From Azolla caroliniana (lineage: Eukaryota; Plantae; Polypodiophyta): a stretch of DNA of 64,000 nt. The stretch lies in assembly GCA_043228905.1 (NCBI GenBank), contig JBHGNT010000026.1, positions 446,248 to 510,247 of the forward strand, in the 5' to 3' direction. Below, one piece after another: positions 26,201 through 39,700 of this stretch (its first letter is position 1; each line of letters begins with the position of its first letter). A program made the translations under genes and the position numbers. The notes beneath the pieces were generated by a model. That model was not told where the DNA came from and searched no databases. It saw nothing but the letters and a program-made list of their open reading frames with translations.

Positions 26201-29200
26201 ATTACCAAATTTGAGGAGTGAGTTGAGAGGAGCCCTTGAGTAAATTAAAATGGTCATACCTAGCGAGTGTGATATCGGATTTTTGTGTACAAATATGCGA
26301 ATCGAAGCTAACAACGCTAGCTATGATATGGAATTAAAAAATCAAGAGTTTGAAACTTACGTCGAGAGATATGACGAAATTAGCAAATTTGAGGAGTGAG
26401 TTGAGAGGAGCCCTTGAGTAAATTAAAATGGTCATACCTAGCGAGTGTGATATCGGATTTTTGTGTTCAAACATGCGAATCGAAGCTAACAATGCTAGCT
26501 ATGATATGGAATTAAAAAATCAAGATTTTGAAACTCAGGTCGAGAGACATGACGAAATTTCCAAATTTCAGGAGGGAGTTGAGAAGAGCTAGTAGGTAAA
26601 TTATAATGTTCATACCTGGTTCGTGTGATATCGGATTATTGTGTTCAAACATGCGAATCGAAGCTAAAAACGCTAGCTATGATATGGAATTAAAAAATCA
26701 AGATTTTGCAACTCAAGTCGAGAGACATGAAGAAATTACCAAATTTGAGGAGTGAGGTTGGAAGAGCGCGTGAGTGAATTAAAATGTTCATACCTGGCTC
26801 GTGTGATATCGGATTTTTGTGTTCAAACATGCGAATCGAAGCTAACAACGCTAGCTATGTTATGGAATAAAAAAAACAAGATTTTGAAACTCAGGTCAAG
26901 AGACATGACGAAATTAGCAAATTTGAGGAGTGAGTTGAGAGGAGCCCTTGAGTAAATTAAAATGTTCATACCTAGCGAGTGTGATATCGGCTTTTTGTGT
27001 ACAAACATGCGAATCGAAGCTAACAACGCTAGCTATGATATGGAATTAAAAAATCAAGACTTTGAAACTTACGTCGAGAGATATGACGAAATTAGCAAAT
27101 TTGAGGAGGGAGTTGAGAGGAGCCCTTGAGTAAATTAAAATGGTCATACCTAGCGAGTGTGATATCGGATTTTTGTGTACAAACATGCGAATCGAAGCTA
27201 ACAACGCTAGCTATGATATGGAATTACAAAATGAAGATTTTGAAACTCAGGTCGAGAGACATGACGAAATTACCAAATTTGAGGAGGGAGTTGAGAGGGG
27301 CCCTTGAGTAAATTAAAATGTTCATACCTAGCGAGTGTGATATCGGATTTTTGTGTTCAAACATGCGAATCGAAGCTAACAATGCTAGCTATGATATGGA
27401 ATTAAAAAATCAAGATTTTGAAACTCAGGTCGAGAGACATGACGAAATTTCCAAATTTCAGGAGGGAGTTGAGAAGAGCTAGTAGGTAAATTATAATGTT
27501 CATACCTGGTTCGTGTGATATCGGATTTTTGTGTTCAAACATGCGAATCGAAGCTAAAAACGCTAGCTATGATATGGAATTAAAAAATCAAGATTTTGCA
27601 ACTCAAGTCGAGAGACATGAAGAAATTACCAAATTTGAGGAGTGAGGTTGGAAGAGCGCGTGAGTGAATTAAAATGTTCATACCTGGCTCGTGTGATATC
27701 GGTTTTTTGTGTTCAAACATGCGAATCGAAGCTAACAATGCTAGCTATGATATGGAATTGAAAAATCAAGATTTTGAAACTCAGGTCGAGAGACATGACG
27801 AAATTTCCAAATTTCAGGAGGGAGTTGAGAAGAGCTAGTAGGTAAATTATAATGTTCATACCTGGTTCGTGTGATATCGGATTTTTTTGTTCAAACATTC
27901 GAATCGAAGCTAACAACGCTAGCTATGATATGGAATTACAAAATGAAGATTTTGAAACTCAGGTCGAGAGACATGATGAAATTACCAAATTTGAGGAGTG
28001 ACGTTGGAAGAGCGCGTGAGTGAATTAAAATGTTCATACCTGGCTCGTGTGATATCGGATTTTTGTGTTCAAACATGCAAATCGAAGCTAACAACGCTAG
28101 CTATGATATGGAATAAAAAAAACAAGATTTTGAAACTCAGGTCAAGATACATGACGAAATTAGCAAATTTGAGGAGTGAGTTGAGAGGAGCCCTTGAGTA
28201 AATTAAAATGGTCATACCTAGCGAGTGTGATATCGGATTTTTGTGTACAAACATGCGAATCGAAGCTAACAACGCTAGCTATGATATGGAATTAAAAAAT
28301 CAAGATTTTGAAACTCAGGTCGAGAGACATGACGAAATTTCCAAATTTCAGGAGGGAGTTGAGAAGAGCTAGTAGGTAAATTATAATGTTCATACCTAGC
28401 TCGTGTTATATCGGATTTTTGTGTTCAAACATGCGAATCGAAGCTAACAACGCTAGCTATGATATAGAATTAAAAAATAAAGATTTTGAAACTCAGGTCG
28501 AGAGACATGACGAAATTACCAAATTTGAGGAGTGAGTTGAGAGGAGCCCTTGAGTAAATTAAAATGGTCATACCTAGCGAGTGTGATATTGGATTTTTGT
28601 GTACAAACTTGCGAATCGAAGCTAACAACGCTAGCTATGATATGGAATTAAAAAATCAAGATTTTGAAACTTACGTCGAGAGATATGACGAAATTAGCAA
28701 ATTTGAGGAGTGAGTTGAGAGGAGCCCTTGAGTAAATTAAAATGGTCATACCTAGCGAGTGTGATATCGGATTTTTGTGTACAAACATGCGAATCTAAGC
28801 TAACAACGCTAGCTATGATATGGAATTAAAAAATCAAGATTTTGAAACTCAGGTCGAGAGATATGACGAAATTAGCAAATTTGAGGAGTGAGTTGAGAGG
28901 AGCCCTTGAGTAAATTAAAATGGTCATACCTAGCGAGTGTGATATCGGATTTTTGTGTACAAACATGCGAATCGAAGCTAACAACGCTAGCTATGATATG
29001 GAATTACAAAATGAAGATTTTGAAACTCAGGTCGAGAGACATGACGAAATTACCAAATTTGAGGAGGGAGTTGAGAGGGGCCCTTGAGTAAATTAAAATG
29101 TTCATACCTAGCGAGTGTGATATCGGATTTTTGTGTTCAAACATGCGAATCGAAGCTAACAATGCTAGCTATGATATGGAATTAAAAAATCAAGATTTTG

Positions 29201-30959
29201 AAACTCAGGTCGAGAGACATGACGAAATTTCCAAATTTCAGGAGGGAGTTGAGAAGAGCTAGTAGGTAAATTATAATGTTCATACCTGGTTCGTGTGATA
29301 TCAGATTTCTGTGTTCAAACATGCGAATCGAAGCTAAAAACGCTAGCTATGATATGGCATTAAAAAATCAAGATTTTGCAACTCAAGTCGAGAGACATGA
29401 AGAAATTACCAAATTTGAGGAGTGAGTGAATTAAAATGTTCATACCTGGCTCGGGTGATATCGGATTTTTGTGTTCAAACATGCGAATCGAAGCTAACAA
29501 CGCTAGCTATGATATGGAATAAAAAAAACAAGATTTTGAAACTCAGGTCCAGAGACATGACGAAATTAGCAAATTTGAGGAGTGATTTCAGAGGAGCCCT
29601 TGAGTAAATTAAAATGTTCATACCTAGCGAGTGTGATATCGGCTTTTTGTGTACAAACATGCGAATCGAAGCTAACAACGCTAGCTATGATATGGAATTA
29701 AAAAATCAAGACTTTGAAACTCAGGTCAAGAGACATGACGAAATTACTAAATTTCAGGAGGGGGTTGAGAGGGGCCCTTGAGTAAATTAAAATGTTCATA
29801 CCTAGCTCGTGTGATATCGGATTTTTGTGTTCAAACATGCGAATCGAAGCTAACAACGCTAGCTACGACATGGAATAAAAAAAAACAAGATTTTGAAACT
29901 CAGGTCAAGAGACATGACGAAATTAGCAAATTTGAGGAGTGAGTTGAGAGGAGCCCTTGAGTAAATTAAAATGTTCATACATAGCGAGTGTGATATCGGA
30001 TTTTTGTGTACAAACATGCGAATCGAAGCTAACAACGCTAGCTATGATATGGAATTAAAAAATCAAGATTTTGAAACTCAGGTCGAGAGACATGACGAAA
30101 TTTCCAAATTTCAGGAGGGGGTTGAGAGGGGCCCTTGAGTAAATTAAAATGTTCATACCTAGCTCGTGTGATATCGGATTTTTGTGTTCAAACATGCGAA
30201 TCGAAGCTAACAACGCTAGCTATGATATGGAATAAAAAAAACAGGATTTTGAAACTCAGGTCCAGAGACATGACGAAATTACCAAATTTGAGGAGTGAGT
30301 TGAGAGGAGCCCTTGAGTAAATTAAAATGGTCATACCTAGCGAGTGTGATATCGGATTTTTGTGTACAAACATGCGAATCGAAGCTAACAACGCTAGCTA
30401 TGATATGGAATTAAAAAATCAAGAGTTTGAAACTTACGTCGAGAGATATGACGAAATTAGCAAATTTGAGGAGTGAGTTGAGAGGAGCCCTTGAGTAAAT
30501 TAAAATGGTCATACCTAGCGAGTGTGATATCGGATTTTTGTGTTCAAACATGCGAATCTAAGCTAACAACGCTAGCTATGATATGGAATTAAAAAATCAA
30601 GATTTTGAAACTCAGGTCGAGAGACATGACGAAATTACCAAATTTGAGGAGTGAGTTGAGAGGAGCCCTTGAGTAAATTAAAATGGTCATACCTAGCGAG
30701 TGTGATATCGGATTTTTGTGTACAAACATGCGAATCGAAGCTAACAACGCTAGCTATGATATGGAATTAAAAAATCAAGATTTTGAAACTCAGGTCGAGA
30801 GACATGACGAAATTACCAAATTTGAGGAGTGAGTTGAGAGGAGCCCTTGAGTAAATTAAAATGGTCATACCTAGCGAGTGTGATATCGGATTTTTGTGTA
30901 CAAACATGCGAATCGAAGCTAACAACGCTAGCTATGATATGGAATTAAAAAATCAAGAT

Positions 30960-33900
30960 TTTGAAACTCAGGTCGAGAGACATGACGACATTTCCAAATT
31001 TCAGGAGGGAGTTGAGAAGAGCTAGTAGGTAAATTATAATGTTCATACCTGGTTCGTGTGATATTGGATTTTTGTGTTCAAACATTCGAATCGAAGCTAA
31101 CAACGCTAGCTATGATATGGAATTACAAAATCAAGATTTTGAAACTCCAGTCGAGAGACATGATGAAATTGCCAAATTTGACGAGTGACGTTGGAAGAGC
31201 GCGTGAGTGAATTAAAATGTTCATACCTGGCTCGTGTGATATCGGATTTTTGTGTTCAAACATGGAAATCGAAGCTAACAACGCTAGCTATGATATGGAA
31301 TTAAAAAATCAATATTTTGAAAATCAGGTCGAGAGGCATGACGAAATTAGCAAATTTGAGGAGTGAGTTGAGAGGAGCCCTTGAGTAAATCAAAATGTTC
31401 ATACCTAGTGAGCGTGATATCGGATTTTTGTGTTCAAACATGCGAATCGAAGCTAACAACGCAAGCTATGATATGGAATTAAAAAATCAAGATTTTGAAA
31501 CTCAGGTCGAGAGACATGACGAAATTAGCAACCTTGACGAGGGAGTTGAGAGGAGCCCTTAAGTAAATAAAAATGTTCATACCTAGCTCGTGTGAGATCG
31601 GATTTTTGTGTTCAAACATGCGAATCGAAGCTAACAACGCTAGCTGTGATTTGGAATTAAAAAATCAAGATTTTGCAACTCAAGTCGAGAGACATGACGA
31701 AATTAGCAAATTTGAGGAGTGACTTGAGAGGAGCCCTTGAGTAAATTAAAATGTTCATACCTAGCGAGTGTGATATCGGATTTTTGTGTACAAACATGCG
31801 AATCGAAGCTAACAACGCTAGCTATGATATGGAATTAAAAAATCAAGATTTTGAAACTCAGGTCGAGAGACATGACGAAATTTCCAAATTTCACGAGGGA
31901 GTTGACAAGAGCTAGTAGGTAAATTATAATGTTCATACCTGGTTCGTGTGATATCGGATTTTTGTGTTCAAACATGCGAATCGAAGCTAACAACGCTAGC
32001 TATGATATGGAATTACAAAATCAAGATTTTGAAACTCAGGTCGAGAGACATGACGAAATTACCAAATTTGAGGAGGGAGTTGAGAGGGGCCCTTGAGTAA
32101 ATTAAAATGTTCATACCTAGCGAGTGTGATATCGGATTTTTGTGTTCAAACATGCGAATCGAAGCTAACAACGCTAGCTGTGATTTGGAATTAAAAAATC
32201 AAGATTTTGATACTCAGGTCGAGAGACATGACGAAATTAGCAAATTTGAGGAGTGAGTTGAGAGGAGCCCTTGAGTAAATTAAAATGGTCATACCTAGCG
32301 AGTGTGATATCGGATTTTTGTGTTCAAACATGCGAATCGAAGCTAACAACGCTAGCTGTGATTTGGAATTAAAAAATCAAGATTTTGATACTCAGGTCGA
32401 GAGACATGACGAAATTAGCAAATTTGAGGAGTGAGTTGAGAGGAGCCCTTGAGTAAATTAAAATGGTCATACCTAGCGAGTGTGATATCGGATTTTTGTG
32501 TACAAACATGCGAATCGAAGCTAACAACGCTAGCTATGATATGGAATTAAAAAATCAAGATTTTGAAACTCAGGTCGAGAGACATGACGAAATTACCAAA
32601 TTTGAGGAGTGAGTTGAGAGGAGCCCTTGAGTAAATTAAAATGGTCATACCTAGCGAGTGTGATATCGGATTTTTGTGTACAAACATGCGAATCGAAGCT
32701 AACAACGCTAGCTATGATATGGAATTAAAAAATCAAGATTTTGAAACTCAGGTCGAGAGACATGACGAAATTACCAAATTTGAGGAGTGAGTTGAGAGGA
32801 GCCCTTGAGTAAATTAAAATGGTCATACCTAGCGAGTGTGATATCGGATTTTTGTGTACAAACATGCGAATCGAAGCTAACAACGCTAGCTATGATATGG
32901 AATTAAAAAATCAAGAGTTTGAAACTCAGGTCGAGAGACATGACGACATTTCCAAATTTCAGGAGGGAGTTGAGAAGAGCTAGTAGGTAAATTATAATGT
33001 TCATACCTGGTTCGTGTGATATCGGATTTTTGTGTTCAAACATTCGAATCGAAGCTAACAACGCTAGCTATGATATGGAATTACAAAATCAAGATTTTGA
33101 AACTCCAGTCGAGAGACATGATGAAATTTCCAAATTTGACGAGTGACGTTGGAAGAGCGCGTGAGTGAATTAAAATGTTCATACCTGGCTCGTGTGATAT
33201 CGGATTTTTGTGTTCAAACATGGAAATCGAAGCTAACAACGCTAGCTATGATATGGAATTAAAAAATCAATATTTTGAAAATCAGGTCGAGAGGCATGAC
33301 GAAATTAGCAAATTTGAGGAGTGAGTTGAGAGGAGCCCTTGAGTAAATTAAAATGTTCATACCTAGTGAGCGTGATATCGGATTTTTGTGTTCAAACATG
33401 CGAATCGAAGCTAACAACGCAAGCTATGATATGGAATTAAAAAATCAAGATTTTGAAACTCAGGTCGAGAGACATGACGAAATTAGCAACCTTGACGAGG
33501 GAGTTGAGAGGAGCCCTTAAGTAAATAAAAATGTTCATACCTAGCTCGTGTGATATCGGATTTTTGTGTTCAAACATGCGAATCGAAGCTAACAACGCTA
33601 GCTGTGATTTGGAATTAAAAAATCAAGATTTTGCAACTCAAGTCGAGAGACATGACGAAATTAGCAAATTTGAGGAGTGACTTGAGAGGAGCCCTTGAGT
33701 AAATTAAAATGTTCATACCTAGCGAGTGTGATATCGGATTTTTGTGTACAAACATGCGAATCGAAGCTAACAACGCTAGCTATGATATGGAATTAAAAAA
33801 TCAAGATTTTGAAACTCAGGTCGAGAGACATGACGAAATTTCCAAATTTCACGAGGGAGTTGACAAGAGCTAGTAGGTAAATTATAATGTTCATACCTGG

Positions 33901-36700
33901 TTCGTGTGATATCGGATTTTTGTGTTCAAACATGCGAATCGAAGCTAACAACGCTAGCTATGATATGGAATTACAAAATCAAGATTTTGAAACTCAGGTC
34001 GAGAGACATGACGAAATTACCAAATTTGAGGAGGGAGTTGAGAGGGGCCCTTGAGTAAATTAAAATGTTCATACCTAGCGAGTGTGATATCGGATTTTTG
34101 TGTTCAAACATGCGAATCGAAGCTAACAACGCTAGCTGTGATTTGGAATTAAAAAATCAAGATTTTGATACTCAGGTCGAGAGACATGACGAAATTAGCA
34201 AATTTGAGGAGTGAGTTGAGAGGAGCCCTTGAGTAAATTAAAATGGTCATACCTAGCGAGTGTGATATCGGATTTTTGTGTTCAAACATGCGAATCGAAG
34301 CTAACAACGCTAGCTGTGATTTGGAATTAAAAAATCAAGATTTTGATACTCAGGTCGAGAGACATGACGAAATTAGCAAATTTGAGGAGTGAGTTGAGAG
34401 GAGCCCTTGAGTAAATTAAAATGGTCATACCTAGCGAGTGTGATATCGGATTTTTGTGTACAAACATGCGAATCGAAGCTAACAACGCTAGCTATGATAT
34501 GGAATTAAAAAATCAAGATTTTGAAACTCAGGTCGAGAGACATGACGAAATTTCCAAATTTCAGGAGGGAGTTGACAAGGAGCCCTTGAGTAAATTAAAA
34601 TGGTCATACCTAGCGAGTGTGATATCGGATTTTTGTGTACAAACATGCGAATCGAAGCTAACAACGCTAGCTATGATATGGAATTAAAAAATCAAGATTT
34701 TGAAACTCAGGTCGAGAGACATGACGAAATTACCAAATTTGAGGAGTGAGTTGAGAGGAGCCCTTGAGTAAATTAAAATGGTCATACCTAGCGAGTGTGA
34801 TATCGGATTTTTGTGTACAAACATGCGAATCGAAGCTAACAACGCTAGCTATGATATGGAATTAAAAAATCAAGATTTTGAAACTCAGGTCGAGAGACAT
34901 GACATTTCCAAATTTCAGGAGGGAGTTGAGAAGAGCTAGTAGGTAAATTATAATGTTCATACCTGGTTCGTGTGATATTGGATTTTTGTGTTCAAACATT
35001 CGAATCGAAGCTAACAACGCTAGCTATGATATGGAATTACAAAATCAAGATTTTGAAACTCCAGTCGAGAGACATGATGAAATTGCCAAATTTGACGAGT
35101 GACGTTGGAAGAGCGCGTGAGTGAATTAAAATGTTCATACCTGGCTCGTGTGATATCGGATTTTTGTGTTCAAACATGGAAATCGAAGCTAACAACGCTA
35201 GCTATGATATGGAATTAAAAAATCAATATTTTGAAAATCAGGTCGAGAGGCATGACGAAATTAGCAAATTTGAGGAGTGAGTTGAGAGGAGCCCTTGAGT
35301 AAATTAAAATGTTCATACCTAGTGAGCGTGATATCGGATTTTTGTGTTCAAACATGCGAATCGAAGCTAACAACGCAAGCTATGATATGGAATTAAAAAA
35401 TCAAGATTTTGAAACTCAGGTCGAGAGACATGACGAAATTAGCAACCTTGACGAGGGAGTTGAGAGGAGCCCTTAAGTAAATAAAAATGTTCATACCTAG
35501 CTCGTGTGAGATCGGATTTTTGTGTTCAAACATGCGAATCGAAGCTAACAACGCTAGCTGTGATTTGGAATTAAAAAATCAAGATTTTGCAACTCAAGTC
35601 GAGAGACATGACGAAATTAGCAAATTTGAGGAGTGACTTGAGAGGAGCCCTTGAGTAAATTAAAATGTTCATACCTAGCGAGTGTGATATCGGATTTTTG
35701 TGTACAAACATGCGAATCGAAGCTAACAACGCTAGCTATGATATGGAATTAAAAAATCAAGATTTTGAAACTCAGGTCGAGAGACATGACGAAATTTCCA
35801 AATTTCACGAGGGAGTTGACAAGAGCTAGTAGGTAAATTATAATGTTCATACCTGGTTCGTGTGATATCGGATTTTTGTGTTCAAACATGCGAATCGAAG
35901 CTAACAACGCTAGCTATGATATGGAATTACAAAATCAAGATTTTGAAACTCAGGTCGAGAGACATGACGAAATTACCAAATTTGAGGAGGGAGTTGAGAG
36001 GGGCCCTTGAGTAAATTAAAATGTTCATACCTAGCGAGTGTGATATCGGATTTTTGTGTTCAAACATGCGAATCGAAGCTAACAATGCTAGCTGTGATTT
36101 GGAATTAAAAAATCAAGATTTTGATACTCAGGTCGAGAGACATGACGAAATTAGCAAATTTGAGGAGTGAGTTGAGAGGAGCCCTTGAGTAAATTAAAAT
36201 GGTCATACCTAGCGAGTGTGATATCGGATTTTTGTGTTCAAACATGCGAATCGAAGCTAACAACGCTAGCTGTGATTTGGAATTAAAAAATCAAGATTTT
36301 GATACTCAGGTCGAGAGACATGACGAAATTAGCAAATTTGAGGAGTGAGTTGAGAGGAGCCCTTGAGTAAATTAAAATGGTCATACCTAGCGAGTGTGAT
36401 ATCGGATTTTTGTGTACAAACATGCGAATCGAAGCTAACAACGCTAGCTATGATATGGAATTAAAAAATCAAGATTTTGAAACTCAGGTCGAGAGACATG
36501 ACGAAATTTCCAAATTTCAGGAGGGAGTTGACAAGAGCTAGTAGGTAAATTATAATGTTCATACCTGGTTCGTGTGATATCGGATTTTTGTGTTCAAACA
36601 TGCGAATCGAAGCTAACAACGCTAGCTATGATATGGAATTACAAAATCAAGATTTTGAAACTCAGGTCGAGAGACATGACGAAATTACCAAATTTCAGGA
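30960..36700 (+). repeat. 11-mer higher-order repeat (1958/1956 bp), about three tandem copies
   Basis: CATGGAAATC lies at 31261, 33219 and 35175 (offsets 1958 and 1956 = 1958 + 1 - 3). AGCAACCTTGACG and TTCACGAGGG recur with the same spacing. Confidence 0.9.
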
Positions 36701-39700
36701 GGGAGTTGAGAGGAGCCCTTGAGTAAATTAAAATGTTCATACCTAGCGAGTGTGATATCGCACTTTTGTGTACAAACATGCGAATCGAAGCTAACAACGC
36801 TAGCTATGATATGGAATTAAAAAATCAAGATTTTGAAACTCAGGTCGAGAGACATGACGAAATTACCAAATTTGAGGAGTGAGTTGAGAGGAGCCCTTGA
36901 ATAATTTAAAATGGTCATACCTAGCGAGTGTGATATCGGATTTTTGTGTACAAACATGCGAATCGAAGCTAACAACGCTAGCTATGATATGGAATTAAAA
37001 AATCAAGAGTTTGAAACTCAGGTCGAGAGACATGACGAAATTTCCAAATTTCAGGAGGGAGTTGAGAAGAGCTAGTAGGTAAATTATAATGTTCATACCT
37101 AGTTCGTGTGATATCGGATTTTTGTGTTCAAACATTCGAATCGAAGGTAACAACGCTAGCTATGATATGGAATTAAAAAATCAAGATTTTGAAACTCCAG
37201 TCGAGAGACATGATGAAATTTCCAAATTTGAGGAGTGACGTTGGAAGAGCGCGTGAGTGAATTAAAATGTTCATACCTGGCTCGTGTGATATCGGATTTT
37301 TGTGTTCAAACATGCGAATCGAAGCTAACAACGCTAGCTATGATATGGAATTAAGAAATCAAGATTTTGACACTCAGGTCGAGAGACATGACGAAATTAG
37401 CAAATTTGAGGAGTGAGGTGAGAGGAGCCCTTGAGTAAATTAAAATGGTCATACTTAGCGAGTGTGATATCGGATTTTTGTGTACAAACATGCGAATCGA
37501 AGCTAACAACGCTAGCTATGATATGGAATTAAAAAATCAAGATTTTGAAACTCAGGTCGAGAGACATGACGACATTTCCAAATTTCAGGAGGGAGTTGAG
37601 AAGAGCTAGTAGGTAAATTATAATGTTCATACCTGGTTCGTGTGATATTGGATTTTTGTGTTCAAACATTCGAATCGAAGCTAACAACGCTAGCTATGAT
37701 ATGGAATTACAAAATCAAGATTTTGAAACTCCAGTCGAGAGACATGATGAAATTGCCAAATTTGACGAGTGACGTTGGAAGAGCGCGTGAGTGAATTAAA
37801 ATGTTCATACCTGGCTCGTGTGATATCGGATTTTTGTGTTCAAACATGCAAATCGAAGCTAACAACGCTAGCTATGATATGGAATTAAAAAATCAATATT
37901 TTGAAAATCAGGTCGAGAGGCATGACGAAATTAGCAAATTTGAGGAGTGAGTTGAGAGGAGCCCTTGAGTAAATTAAAATGTTCATACCTAGTGAGCGTG
38001 ATATCGGATTTTTGTGTTCAAACATGCGAATCGAAGCTAACAACGCTAGCTATGATATGGAATTAAAAAATCAAGATTTTGAAACTAAGGTTGAGAGACA
38101 TGACGAAATTAGCAAATTTGAGGAGTGACTTTGGAAGAGCGCGTGAGTGAATTAAAATGTTCATACCTGGCTCGTGTGATATCGGATTTTTGTGTTCAAA
38201 CATGCTAATCGAAGCTAACAACGCTAGCTATGATATGGAATTAAAAAATCAAGATTTTGAAACTCAGGTCCAGATACATGACGAAATTAGCAAATTTGAG
38301 GAGTGAGTTGAGAGGAGCCCTTGAGTAAATTAAAATGTTCATACATAGCGAGTGTGATATCGGATTTTTGTGTGCAAACATGCGAATCGAAGCTAACAAC
38401 GCTAGCTATGATATGGAATTAAAAAATCAAGATTTTGAAACTCAGGTCGAGAGACATGACGAAATTACCAAATTTGAGGAGGGGGTTGAGAGGGGCCCTT
38501 GAGTAAATTAAAATGTTCATACCTAGCTCGTGTGATATCGGATTTTTGTGTTCAAACATGCGAATCGAAGCTAACAACGCTAGCTATGATATGGAATAAA
38601 AAAAACAAGATTTTGAAACTCAGGTCGAGAGACATGACGAAATTACCAAATTTGAGGAGTGAGTTGAGAGGAGCCCTTGAGTAAATTAAAATGGTCATAC
38701 CTAGCGAGTGTAATATCGGATTTTTGTGTACAAACATGCGAATCGAAGCTAACAACGCTAGCTATGATATGGAATTAAAAAATCAAGATTTTGAAACTCA
38801 GGTCGAGAGACATGACGACATTTCCAAATTTCAGGAGGGAGTAGAGAAGAGCTAGTAGGTAAATTATAATGTTCATACCTGGTTCGTGTGATATTGGATT
38901 TTTGTGTTCAAACATTCGAATCGAAGCTAACAACGCTAGCTATGATATGGAATTACAAAATCAAGATTTTGAAACTCAGGTCGAGAGACTTGATGAAATT
39001 GCCAAATTTGAGGAGTGACGTTGGAAGAGCGCGTGAGTGAATTAAAATGTTCATACCTGGCTCGTGTGATATCGGATTTTTGTGTTCAAACATGCAAATC
39101 GAAGCTAACAACGCTAGCTATGATATAGAATTAAAAAATAAAGATTTTGAAACTCAGGTCGAGAGACATGACGAAATTACCAAATTTGATGAGTGAGTTG
39201 AGAGGAGCCCTTGAGTAAATTAAAATGGTCATACCTAGCGAGTGTAATATCGGATTTTTGTGTACAAACATGCGAATCGAAGCTAACAACGCTAGCAATG
39301 ATATGGAATTAAAAAATCAAGATTTTGAAACTCAGGTCGAGAGACATGACGAAATTACCAAATTTGAGGAGGGAGTTGAGAAGAGCTAGTAGGTAAATTA
39401 TAATGTTCATACCTGGCTCGTGTGATATCGGTTTTTTGTGTTCAAACATGCAAATCGAAGCTAACAACGCTAGCTATGATATAGAATTAAAAAATAAAGA
39501 TTTTGAAACTCAGGTCGAGAGACATGACGAAATTACCAAATTTGAGGAGGGGGTTGAGAGGGGCCCTTGAGTAAATTAAAATGTTCATACCTAGCTCGTG
39601 TGATATCGGATTTTTGTGTTCAAACATGCGAATCGAAGCTAACAACGCTAGCTATGATATGGAATAAAAAAAACAAGATTTTGAAACTCAGGTCGAGAGA

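Larger units (their letters stand above)
1..30600 (+). repeat. Satellite domain 1 (variant subfamily 1)
   Basis: Variants TTACAAAATGAAG, CTTACGTCGAGAGATATG, GCTAAAAACGC, CAAGACTTTG, CTACGACATGG+A9 and the 18-bp deletion occur here; I did not see them after about 30.5 kb. The boundary is approximate. Confidence 0.8.
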
